Assembly (NCBI RefSeq): GCF_037042905.1
Contig: NC_087245.1
Span: forward strand, 35,528,001 to 35,592,000
DNA from: Lytechinus pictus
Taxonomy: Eukaryota
Direction of reading: 5' to 3'
Length of the DNA: 64,000 bases
The notes under the pieces are model-generated. The model ran no database searches and was not told the DNA's origin. It saw only the letters and a program-made list of their open reading frames with translations. This document shows, one piece after another, positions 11,400 through 23,700 of this stretch (within the stretch, counting starts at the first letter, position 1; each line of letters begins with the position of its first letter). Position numbers and translations under genes: made by a program.

Positions 11400-13825
11400 C
11401 ATGTCATCCAGCTATGGGGTCATTTGCTTGTCCGGCTTTTGGTTGAATAAATCTCATGGGCTGCCGGACAAATATACTTTCATAAGTTATGATGACATTT
11501 CAAAAACTTAATCTTCGGTTAAGATTTTGATGTTGATTCCCCCAACATGGTGTAAGTTCTTTGACCCTAAATGGCCTTTCACATTGGTCACGTGACCTAA
11601 AACTCTTGAAGGATATTAAGTAATACTTGATAACCATTATGTTTAATTTTCGTGAACTAGGCCAATGTATTTTTTAAGTTATGGTGGCATTTCAAAAGCT
11701 TTACCTTTGGTTGAGATTTGATGTTAACGACGCCGCCGCCGCACAGTGGGCCAGAATGAACCCAAAGTGCGCCAAAACCCATTATTCACAAATTTGTACG
11801 ATTAAATTTGGTACGTAGGGGTAATTTCACCCGTAGAATTCAATAAAAGTACTTTCAAATATTGATGACGTCGTTAAAATACTGTTTTCTGATTGGCTGT
11901 TAACATTTGAGAAGAAATTACATGTTTCTAATTCTACAATAGGTTTCAAATTTTCAGAAACTAGTTTTAGAAAAATTTCAGCAATAATTAAAAATATTAG
12001 CAAACAGCAAACACACAAACAGGCAAACAAACAAGAAAAGTCTGTGCTCGGGGTACAAAATTAATAATTCAATTGGTGACTTGAGTATCGCTTAAAGAGG
12101 GCGCCCTACCATGAATCCGGAATTGTAAAATTCAAAGTGAAATTGTAAAAAAAAATGAAAAGGAGTATTTTCATTCCCTGGGTACAGTGATTAACCACAC
12201 CTACATAAATTAAAATGGATTGATACCAGAAGTGGACAGTGAAATCTTTAAAATAATGATTCCAGTGATAAATAATAGAGGCCGGGTCCTCTGCAGGTTA
12301 ATTAGTACAAGGCCCTACAAGGCCTACCTATTTCACCAAAAACGGCGTATACAAAGTTATTCCGAATCAGAATCTCTCTCTCTATCTCACCAACTATTAT
12401 GTATTTGGTGAGAGGATCTTTTAGCATACTTTGAACATCAGGGGGAAGAGGCTGTGATTGTTGTACTCTTAAAAACTTGCTACTAATCACAATGTCACCT
12501 GTTACCATTAGTCTGTGGAAAACATATAAAGTCAATGAGAGTCATAAACCAAACAATCCTTGAAATGATAATATACACTTCCTTCCTGATCGATACTAAC
12601 GATTATAGCAAATTTAGAATGAGCCAAGAGATAAAGGAATTCATACGTGTATGTGAAGTTACAAACCCTTTTGGGGGGATAAATACTAATAATGATAATG
12701 CAACTTATACATGTAATAGAGCCCACGTATATCCCATCTCTGTCCTATACACATTTCATATTTTGTCAGAAAACTGCGTGAGACCTATCACATCCCTAGT
12801 CATGTGTGTTATAGCGATATAGAGTAGCCCCTACTTGGTTGATGAACAACAAAACAAATATATATAATCTACCCGGGAATCTTACCTTAAGAATTAATCT
12901 TCTCAGGATGACAGCATATCAGATATGGAACACGGGATGGAACAGTTTGGCATAAAAATGAAGTTGTGTTACATGTATTATCATACAGTTAGTGGAATTG
13001 GAAATGAAAGCTTGCCTTTACGGATGTTTAACGAAAATATTTCAAAGGCAGACACCAGTCACAGGAGCCAGACACTTGAGCCAGACACCCCCCCCCCCCC
13101 TATTTCTCTCTCCCAGCACGCGACGGGGAGTTTGTTTCTTGGTTTGTTTAGTCACCCGCAACGTTCGGCACGCGCATAATGGGACACTAACTTGGAACGA
13201 TTTTTGTGATAAATACGGCGAACATGTGGTTGAAAAATTGGTTATATCTCCAGAAAATGCACGTATATGCAGCTAAATGTGGTATCAGTGTAAAGCATAA
13301 ACTATAACAGAGACCGTCATGGTATTTACAGCGCAGCAATCGGCAGCAATTTGTAAAAGAAATGCTCATGAAAAAAAAAGTTGCTAAAACCCCCCATTGT
13401 GAAATGGTTTCGTCCAAAATTGCCTCTGAAGGGATTATCATTTTATCTTGAAAATCTTTGATCACTTAAAACAATCATTCATCAAAGAGCACCGTGAATT
13501 AGAAATAAATTAAGCAATCCGTTTTGTTAAAACAGTGAAATATCTAAAACGTGTCATTTACACATGCGGTAGCCGTAAAGAGTCATTTCCCGGTAATATT
13601 GAATAAAAATGGGCAACTAAAAATCAATTTAATGGAGAAATATTGTATGGAGGCATTCTACAGGTTCTTATCTTTGCTTAGAACATGAAAAAAACAAAAT
13701 TTGTTCCATGACCAAAAATTAGTTTTGGCGCACTTTTGCTCTCTCCTGGCCCACTGTGCGCCGTCGTCGGGAAAGCGGCGCATAATTATAGAATCTCGCT
13801 CTGCTATATGCAGGCGAGACAAAAA
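11400..13825 (-). mobile_element. Helentron-like non-autonomous repeat interrupted by the Transib-like element (left boundary approximate)
   Basis: TGACC-type motifs and (CGC)n on the left continue as CGTCGGGAAAGCGGCG...TCTCGCTCTGCTATATGCAGGCGAGACAAAAA on the right; related GTCTCGCCTGCA end at ~44185-44255. Confidence 0.5.
11742..13758. mobile_element. Non-autonomous Transib-superfamily element with RSS-like TIRs
   Basis: Both ends read CACAGTG-GGCCAG-N9-AAAGTGCGCCAAAAC; exact 5-bp GC-rich TSD CGCCG (11737-11741, 13759-13763); no transposase ORF inside. Confidence 0.85.
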
Positions 13826-14460
13826 CGGGACAACAAAAAGGAGAAATATACATAAATAGAAACATGACAGTTGCGGCCGAAAGAGAATAAACTAAATTAT
13901 CAAGACAAATAAAATTGAACTGTGAGCCCCGTTGCATAAAAGTCATCACCATTATTACTTCGCCATCCAATGGCAACTACCATGGTGACGATAATAATCA
14001 GCCAATCAAAATCAAGGACTCCATGCATGCAATTTACCACTGGATGACAAGGCCACCACAACGGCAACCTTCATGCAACGAGACAGTGGTCTGAGAGGGT
14101 AAATTAGTTTTGAAGACCTCTGTCGGATATAAGTATAAAAAAAGTTTTCATTTTAAAGTTTTCGTGTTTTTTTAAAGAATGCAGTGAAGGGCTTTTGCCG
14201 GGGGGTTCTTTGTGTAGAGTATGCTCATGAATACAGTGTTGCAATAACGAATTGACTAATTGAGTCATGCATGGTGTCAGTGGTACAAGGTATAGCAATA
14301 TAAAGACGAGGAGTGGACTTTTCATATTATGCTTTCTCAAGTTGCTATATTCAATGATTATTATTTTTTGTTTGGAAATAATAGATAGATGTTGTACCTC
14401 AATCACTGTATTCATAAAAAAATTGATACTGTTAAACAGAATAATGAGCAGTTATTCTAA

Positions 14461-15069
14461 AGGGATGGTCCGGGCTGAAAATATTTTTATCTAAATAAAT
14501 TGAGTAAAATTCACAGAGCAAAATGCTGAAAATTTCATCAAAATCGGATAACAAAGAACGAAGTTATTGAATTTTGAAGTTTATCAATATTTTGTGAAAA
14601 CAGTTATATGTACATCGTCATGAATATTCATTAGGTGAGCTGATGATGTCACATCCCCACTTTCCTTTTACTTTTGTTATTACATGAAATCACAAATTTT
14701 TCATTTTTCCAAACATGTGTAAATGGTGTGTCTCCATTCTGATGAAATAAGTTGCGGCAATAAATAACTGATGCACTTAATCAGTTGTCAATCCACTTGT
14801 TTTAGTTCTCGGTAGAATTTTTTTTAATAAACCTAATTTCATATAATAAAATACAAAAGAACAAGTGGGGATATGACTTCTTCAGCCCACCTAATGAATA
14901 TTCATAAAGACATGCCTAGCACTGTTTCACCGGAACAATGCAAATCTTTAAAATTCAATAACTTTGTTACGGTATTGGTTATCCCATTTTGATCACATTT
15001 TCAGCATTTTGCTCTGTGAATTTTGCTCTATTTATTGAGATATAAATATCTCCAGCCTGGACCATCCTT
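14461..15069. mobile_element. Kolobok-like MITE
   Basis: TIR AGGGATGGTCCGGGCTG / CAGCCTGGACCATCCTT, flanks CTAA and TTAA, long imperfect internal palindrome. Confidence 0.75.
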
Positions 15070-15318
15070 TTAAAGCTAATGTTTAGAGTATAGGATTGAC
15101 ATAGATGCAGTACATGACTTTGGATTTCAATTAGAATAAGGTACGAGTAAAGAATAAATGTAAAAGGAAGACATCATTGTGAAGTACTTCTTCATATATA
15201 TATCTTTAGGAGTGCCATATAACTAATGAATGAAATTCAATGAATTATGCCTGAACACTGTTAAAAAGTTAGCATGCATGCTAAGCATAGCATGGTCTAA
15301 TATTAGTCCATACTTCAA

Positions 15319-15473
15319 CTTCTTCTTCCTCCTCTTCTTCTTTTTCTTCTTATTCATCTTCTTCTTCTTCTTTTTTTCTTCTTCTCCTCCTCCTCCTCCT
15401 TCTTCTTCCTCTCCTTCTTCTTCTCCTCCTCCTTCTTCTTCTTCTTACACTTCTTCTTCCTCCTCCTCCTCCT
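15319..15473. repeat. (CTT/CCT)n microsatellite, continued at 16958-17020
   Basis: Direct reading. Confidence 0.9.
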
Positions 15474-16957
15474 CAGTGGCGTAACAGGCGGGGGGGCAGG
15501 GGGGGCAAGCTGCCCCCCCTGGCGAATTTTACCGGGAAAATAAAAGAAAAACGGGAAAAAGAAAAAAAGGAGAGAGAAAGAAAGGGAAAGGGGAAGGAAA
15601 GGGGAAAAGGAAAGGAGGAAAAGGAAAGGGAAAAGTGAAAAGAAAACGAAGAAAAAAATATTTTTTTCATGGAAAAGGAAGGAAAGCGGGAAAATCTACG
15701 AAAGAAGAACATTTGAGAAAGAACAAATCATTCCGAAATAGGCCTATGTAATGCGATAACACGGTGGGAAATAAATTAAAAGACGACAAAATGGCAAATA
15801 ATAGCGGGAAACGAAGGTAGAATGTAATTAATCAAAAGCTAAATTGGAAAACAAAGAAAAGGGACAAGAAAAAAAAACATAACACGACCGGGCTGCCGAT
15901 GATTGAAATTAAAGAGCGGAAAGAAAGATGAACTGCGTACAACATTGTGCTATAAGCTTGCTATATTTTATGCAAATAAGCTACCTGGGCTTTGCCCCAG
16001 ACCCTACGCAGTAGGGGCTCTTCATATATAACCTTCAATTGGCTCTATAACGCCCCCCCCCCCGTTCAATAAATTTCAATCACTGGCATACAGGCGCGCG
16101 GGGGGGGGGGGGGCTTGGTTCCACACCCAAGAGGAAATAAAATAAATTATAGGAGACAACGTGTAATGAAATGAATGGAAACAATGAAATGTGTTATTTG
16201 CTGAATATAATGGAAAATCTATCACATAATTAGAATTTAATTTCAATAGTCAATTTTTTTCCAGCTCGCTTTGCACGCTGGCGACTTTAGCGCAATTGGG
16301 TTGAATAAATTTGTTGTGTAAAAGCTATATTCTGTATATGCCCGCGATTTGATTAAAATAGCGGCAATCTGCGAGGCTTAAATGGCTTTGATGTCAAGAC
16401 CCCAACCGCACAGCACTGCGTATGGAATGGTTGGGTCATGGCCCCAAAAAGTTCTACAAACAAGAACAAAAAAAGGAGGAAAGAAAAGCAAAGGAAAAGT
16501 GTAGGATATGATTTTATTTACTGAATATAATGTCAAAAAATAGCTCAGAGTTAGATTATCATGAAAAGGTGATTTTTTCTCGCTCGCTCGCTTCGCTCGC
16601 TCGGGACTTATGTAAAGCAGCTTTTTAGCACATGTGCTATACTGCGCCCACAGTTCACAGTGGGGTTCAGACCACAAAAAAGGAATCTAAAGAGAGAAGA
16701 GTTAAATATATTATTCATTGGATATCATGTCAAAATCTATCACACAATTTGATTTTTGTATTAAAAAGGTCAAAATTTTTGCTCGCTCGCTTCGCTCGCT
16801 CGCAATTTTTTTAAAAGATAAATTCTGCCCGATACGCAATATCTGGCCTTCTCAAAATAGTCGCCTCATTACACAATTACGCCTGTTCATACCATGATGT
16901 GACCGGGAAATGTTTGGCTCTTGCCCCCCCTGGCCACCGACCCCTGTTACGCCGCTG
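15474..16957. mobile_element. Non-autonomous hAT-like element
   Basis: TIR CAGTGGCGTAACAGG / CCTGTTACGCCGCTG; 8-bp TSD CTCCTCCT (15466-15473, 16958-16965). Confidence 0.75.
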
Positions 16958-17717
16958 CTCCTCCTCTTCTTCTTCTTACAATTCCTCCTCCTCCTCCTCG
17001 TCTTCTTCTTCTCCTTCCTCTGCTTATATCTCACCTGCACGTGCACCCACATCTGCACCACTTCACCTGACCCCTTTACCCTCTCCCCCCCTTTTTTTTT
17101 TCTTAACATTTCAAATAATTATGTGACATTATTATAGACCCATGAATTTTTCTCTACAATGGTTTTCATGTAGCTGCCTTCCTCTGGCTGCTATTCTCTC
17201 AAGCATTTTGCTTATGATAGCTAGCCACTGCATTTTATTTTATATATTATTGCTTACATGTATATCTATGTAAATTATTCTTCTATTATGTAATCGTCGC
17301 AATTTGTAATTATTTCATTTATTTTTGTATTTCTTTATATTCATTATGATTACTGTGTTTCATATATTGAATTTTCAATAAATGCAGAAACACCTGCAAA
17401 AAAAAAAAAAAAAAAAATATCGGAGATCAACAGCAGGATGCTGCTTAAAAAGTGTCCATCAGCAGTTAATGATTACAGAGAGGAAAGAGATGTGATACGG
17501 CTAATACGTAAAGTATAAACATTTCTGAACGCAATTGTTTTGAAATATGTAAATAACGTCGATAACATTATATTGGCTGTCTAAATTCGAATTACCTTTT
17601 TAAAGAAGCATTTACGCACTGTGTACATTTAGCATACTGAACATTGGAGGATTGTCTTCTCCGACCGATGAAATGAATCCACCCTCAATCCTCTTAAAGA
17701 ATTTCGACCAGACTTAC

Positions 17718-17855
17718 CTTTCCATTAGGCCGAGGTTTGATTTCTTTTAGACGATTCAGTACCCTAAATTCGTGGTTTCCCCAGTACCACACGTTCCCAA
17801 TGATTCCAATAATGGCAGAAAGAAATAAGAAGCAGTATGGAGTATATCGCGTCAT
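17718..17855 (-). CDS. Probable first coding exon of the NXPE gene (type II signal anchor)
   Basis: MTRYTPYCFLFLSAIIGIIGNVWYW... hydrophobic anchor; strong donor AAG|GTAAGT in phase 0 matching exon 8604-9176; acceptor tgtttag| 10 nt upstream of the ATG. Confidence 0.6.
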
Positions 17856-18639
17856 CTCAGAATACCTAAACATGATTGTGAACAAACAGAAAAATGCGTT
17901 AACTTCAAGAATCAACTAGGACGAATTTACGTGAAATCATCATATTTGCGATTTTCGGCACAGTGAGTTAGCATAATACATACCAAAAATGGCAGAGATT
18001 CGAGGAAACTGGAAAGACTGTGTTATCATTATTTTGTGAGCTAGCATTTTGCCATGGTCATTGTCAATAACACATGTCTAATATTCCAGCAATTAAATGC
18101 TTTCCTCTATTATAATGAAGATTTTCAGGTAGCATTACATGTAGATCACCAGACATAAATGACTTGTTTTCAACTAAACCAGTCGAATCTGAAAATATCA
18201 TCCCGTTTCTGGCAACATATCACTTTATATCAGTCATTATTTAAGAAAATCAAACATTTCACCTTCTGTTAGTTGAAATATAATGGAAATGGTCAAATAT
18301 GATTATGAATTATAACGTATTACTTTGGCTATATTATGAATATTCAGTTTAAGAATATGACAAAAATATGGTAGTTTCCATGGAAAGTCATAAAACAACC
18401 CTAAATAGCCATAGCCGGTAAAGAAATTTGTATTATTTTTCAGCTATGACCTTATTCTCTCGCAAAATAAGTTGAATTACTAATCTTGTATAGCGATATG
18501 CGCATATGATTATGCGTATACTTGCGTTTCATTCATTCATGGCAATGCGAACGACCACAAATTTGTATGCGCATGCATACTCCTATTTGGAAGACGCAGG
18601 TCATGAATATTCATTTTGGGGTCCGAAACTGCGGTGGGA

Positions 18640-18725
18640 AAAATAATTTCGCTGCCGGCGGTGGGTACCCATTTAACACCTGGGTGGAGAGTAGCAAAGT
18701 GTGGATTGACGCCTTGCCAAACGCT
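18640..18725 (-). mobile_element. SINE core fragment related to 4725-6065
   Basis: Shares CACCTGGGT..AG....GCAAAGTGTGGATT.ACG.CTTGCCAAA with ~4930-4975. Confidence 0.5.
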
Positions 18726-20638
18726 AAGATGTACTCAAAACTTAAGGGCGACCCTCTAGAAAAAAAAAAGCAGCGGCCGATCCGAAAATGTGGATGAAAA
18801 TATTTTCCGCCTCATTTTTATTTGGAGAAAGCAGGATCGGTATACTACAAAATTCAGCTTGTGCTTTGCGCTCGCATTATTAATCTAGGCCTGACGAGTT
18901 ACCATTATCTTGTTTGTAAGAAGAAAAAAAAACAACCCTAAGATGTACTCAAAAGTTTAGTCTTTCGCAAGGACTAACCCATCAAGAAAAGTAGCTTTTA
19001 GCGGCTGATCAGGAAAAATGTACTTGAAAAATGTTTTCCGCCCCCTTCCCTCCATTGGCGATAGCTGGATCTGCCTCGATATTATGTTTTATTCTTATGA
19101 CTACAAAATGTGTCGTTATCAGGTCAATTATATCCAAAAATTTCTGCTCGCTCTTCGCGCTTGTATTGTTTTTTGTTTGTTTGTTTTAGTAAGACATGCA
19201 TCATCTTCATTATATTTCTCGTAAATGTCCGTAAAATATCACTTTTTAGTTTAAATATATCAAAAATATTTAGCAAGTGCATCGTGTTTGCATTTACCAC
19301 CGTCAAATTTTGCCTTTACATCCTTCTTAATCACATTTCTATTACCATTCACATTACATACTGTACATTAAGGTGTGTTAGTCATACCAACACAATCGAT
19401 GCGAGAGGCTGATCCAAGCTATTGTATTATTTGAATGACATACCATTCATCACTTTGCAATCGTTTTCATGGGTGTGACTGCCACACTGAGGTTGCTTTT
19501 TGGCATCACTTTAGCGCAAAATCGCTTAATACATTCAGCATATTTTCCTTTTATCTGAAGCAAATGAAGATACTTATGGTGGCATGAAGCCTGCCAATAT
19601 TCTCGTTGATACATCCTCTTTCATATCGAATGTTGAGATTGTGAATTTATTACTAACATTCATGATAAATCTGATCAATAACAGTGCATGTGCATTTTTT
19701 TTACCAAAAACATACAAATTTTGGCCAAAAGTCTTAATTCTTTCAAAATTTATATATCAACCGACTTTAAATCGAAGAATAAAGGGATTGTAGTAAATTC
19801 TACCAACAAAATAATATATAATTTCGCATTTTATTAAGGCCTATCTCCATTTTCTGGGTTGAAAATGTGACAAAATACATTAGTGTATCCAAGTCTCCGA
19901 TATGCAGTAAAAAAGCAAAATTTCTGAAAATTGAATTTTCAAGTTTGAGACATTATAAGTTTGAGACTAAAAACGATATCAATTTGGAATTGATTTCGCT
20001 TAAAAATTGTATATTAGGAAAGTTTTCTAGAAATTTTTGAGGCGATTCCTTTATTTTCTTTAGATTTATTGTAAATCATGTATTTCGCAAATTTTCAATT
20101 TTTTGGAAAAAATTCTCAAAATTGCACTTTTCTTATCAAAATCTCAGCCGAATTAGCTTTTCATCACTCATGAATAGTATCAACTTGTAGAAATTTTTTT
20201 TTATCTTTCATATAACACTAATTTTGTGGCAAATGAATGTTTGTGTCGGAATCTATGTACGAAAAACCAAATCCCATGAATATGGCGGCCATTTTGGACG
20301 CCATCTTGAATTTGAACCCCATGGGACAATATTTCGTTTTGGGAACATCAAAATTCATTCAATAGACATCTTACGGATTACAAAAAATGTAGGTTAAACA
20401 AATATATCATTCGGGTGCATGGAAACCCTATCTCTCTCCCCTACTAATAGGGCATGCATTTAGAACATGATGATGATGCACATCTTTTGTATAGCGCCAT
20501 ATATCTGTCAAAGACATTCAAAGAAACATTTTGGGAGGAGCCAGCCGAGCCAGCCAATCTGGGTCGCCTATAGAAGGGAGCACACACAGAACTGTGAACG
20601 GCAGGTCTCCCCTCACAAGAGATAATCAAAACACACCT

Positions 20639-20698
20639 TGTGCAGAGAAATGTCCTCCAGAACAGCTGGATCCTCAGTCGAGGTCCTCCTGCCAGCCA
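20639..20698 (-). repeat. 60-bp exact direct repeat, 3' UTR copy
   Basis: Identical to 24295-24354. Confidence 0.95.
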
Positions 20699-20779
20699 TT
20701 TCGGCCCATTATCCTCGATATGGCTATGTGGCAGGAGGCGGGCCAGCAGCATCAAGACAAGATGCCACCTCCAGCTGCT
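20661..20779 (-). ncRNA. Candidate pseudoknotted hammerhead ribozyme
   Basis: CUGAGGA, GAAA, AUA triplet, G10.1-C11.1 and Watson-Crick stems I (6 bp), II (5 bp), III (6 bp) plus three extra helices, folded by eye. Confidence 0.65.
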
Positions 20780-23700
20780 TGTTTGGTAAGTTGGCTTTAT
20801 ATTTATTCCAAATCCAGGCTGAGGACCTTGTGGCGATCTCCATTAAGTCCAAAGCCAGCTTCCTTCTGTTGGTTGTCCCCATTCTTGAGAGGAAGAAATG
20901 GAGAGACTTTGTCGCATAACCTCTGCAGCCAGTCTCTACTGGGTAGTAGTCTACCTTCCATCCCCTCTCCTTACATTCTAGGATAAGTCCGGCATATTTT
21001 GACGTCTTGTACTCATGGGCCGTCTCAATGTTCTCCTCCCATGGCACAGTCAGTTCACAGAGGATGACAGACTTGGACTGCTTCGACCAGACTACTATAT
21101 CTGGTCGCATGTTGGTAGTCGTAATCTCACTGGGAAAGGTCATCTGCTCATCCAAGTCTGAGACCAATTGCCAATCTCTTGCTAGACAAAGGAGCCTACT
21201 TGTGTGTTGTCTAGCTTTTCTGTTGGCTCCAGTACTTGTTCCAGCCTTCACAAATGAGATCATCGCTGGAGCTTTTAATGGCTTTGTCTGGTTTGCTTTC
21301 TCAATAGTGATCTTTAGGGCATTGCTCAGTTCTTTCAAGATCTCATTGTGCCTCCATGTATACAGGCCTTCTACCAGAGACACCTGACAATTTGATAGAA
21401 TGTGTCTGAGTGAACCCTTCTTTCCACATCTATGGCAATTCTCGTTCTCAGTCTTGGCCCACTTCTTCAGGTTATGAGGAGAAGGAAGAACGTCGTAGGT
21501 TGCTCGTAACAAAAATTTGAGTGTGCCTGATTCCATTTTCCATATGTCTTTCCAGGATAGGGACCTTGGTTCTACACACTCCCATCGACACCAAGCTCCC
21601 TGCTGCACAAGGCCAACTGCTTTAGCGACACGTCGTTCCTCCTCTTTGTGACGGATTTCGTCAGAAACCATCTTCCGCTTCATTTTTGTGCTTGCCTTAA
21701 AGAAGTACTGGGTTGGATTCATGCCTAGCCCTGCTCTATTGGTTTGTGTAGGCCCAACCATATCCTTGTGCCTCAGCCGAGATTCCATTTCCTCAACTTC
21801 TTGCTGGGCATTCCACTTGCGTCCTGTGCGAATGTCTGGCACAGTCCCCCTAACGACCTGGTCGCTGGAGTCCCTAAGTGTCGAGTACATGTGAGCCTTC
21901 TTCACTTTAAACTCCTCTGTAAGAGCGCTCAGGGGTAACTTCAGCTTTGTGGAATGGCCATAGAAGCTTATGTTTGTTGTGCATGGAGGGATGCCAAGCC
22001 ACTTCCGGGTGTGCACTGAGATTCTTTGCTCCATCCTCTCGACATGCGTCATTGCAATCTCGTACATCATCAATGGCCACATGATCCTTGGAAAGAGACC
22101 GAACTTTAGGCACCACAACTTGAGTTTATTTGGGAGGGTACATTTATCGATACGCTTAAGTCCATCCTCTACCATTGTTCGGATCTCATTTATCTGGTTC
22201 TTATCAGATAGCTCCTTTGTGAACCAGTGTCCTAAGCTCTTGACAGGGGCATCTGATATCGATGGAATGGCCTCACCACCAACGGTGTAGTGTGTCCTAT
22301 CATCTAACTTTCCTTTCTTCATGGTCAAACTCCTTGACTTCCTCGGTTTGAACTTCATCCTGCACCAGCTTATCAATTGACCCAGCCGTTCCAGAACCTT
22401 CTGTGCATCGGCTGTGCATGGATTGAGTAGGGTAAGATCGTCCATGAAGGCTCGTATCGGTGGCAGCTCAAGCCCAGGTTCGATCTCAACACCTCTACAA
22501 CTGGAACTTGCAGCTCTAGTTATGACTTCCATTGCCATGACAAATAGAATTGGGGAAATGGCACACCCCATCGGGATGCCTACCTCGAGGGGCTGGTAGG
22601 CTGTTGTATATTCCTTGGTAGAGAATCTCATCTTAAAGTCCTGAAAGTAACACTTTAGGAAATCACCAAGTTTCTCAGGAATGTAGAAGAAGTCCAAGGT
22701 AAACCATATCATTGAGTGTGGCAATGAACCGTATGCATTAGCCAAGTCCAGCCATAGAACTGATAGGTCCATCCTCCTCCTCTTTGCCTCTTGGATCGTG
22801 TGCCATATCATTGCAGAGTGCTCAACGCAGCCAGAAAACCCTGGAACTCCTGCCTTCTGGACAGATGCGTCAACAAAGCCATTTACGAGTAGGTACTTGG
22901 AAAGCCGCCCAGCGAGGATTCCCATCATGATCTTCCCGTCAATATTGAGGAGAGATATTGGACGGAATGATTCTATCCTCTCAGCATTCTTTTCTTTAGG
23001 TATGTACACACCTTCAGATTTATTCCATTCCTTTGGCACCACGTTATTTCGCCACAGTACCCTTAACAGTCTCCACAGTAGCCTCCTCATCCTGGTACAG
23101 TATTTAAATACTTTATATGGCACACCATTAGGTCCTGGGGATGAGCCAGCCCTTGCCTTCTTAACAAATCTTTCTACCTCAGATAGGCGTGGAGGGTCTA
23201 TGTCAAAGTTTTCACCTGGAGAAGTTGGACGTACCAAGTTTTCCATAGGAGGCAGGGGTAGGTTCCTCACACCGTCAGAGTAGGTGTTTTTCAGGTGGTG
23301 TTGTAACTCCTCTTTAGTGGCCTTCAGTTCACCAGATCTCACAGGGTTGAAAAGAGCTTTGGTGAAGGCAAAGGGATCTTCATAGAATTTCTGTAGTTTC
23401 TTAGCCCGTCCTTTCCTTTTCCTTCTAAGCTTCTCAGCCTTGGACAGAGCTCTCAACCTCCTTCTCTGCTCATCTCTAAGGTCATCTAGAGCTTTCATTT
23501 CAATAGCATTGTTATTCTTTCTTGCCTCCTTCCAACGCCGCTGTAGGGCTCGTACACTGTGTCGTATGTCATGGATTTCTTGCTGTCTTCTACTAAGCCT
23601 CGATGTAACCGCCTGTGGCTTCGTACTGGCACAACCAAAGTTGTCGACCCCGTACTGATATATTGCCTCCATCATAGAAGAGAGTCTCTCTTCGGCGTTT

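Noticed and set aside
12302..12535. ORF as an extra NXPE exon
   Set aside because: Lies inside the Transib-like element, and its candidate splice phases do not fit the flanking phase-0 exons.
20645..20683. Conventional hammerhead using CUGAGGA-UCCAG/CUGGA as stem II
   Set aside because: The hairpin is followed by GGAC rather than GAAA and no stem III forms; only the pseudoknotted arrangement satisfies the core.
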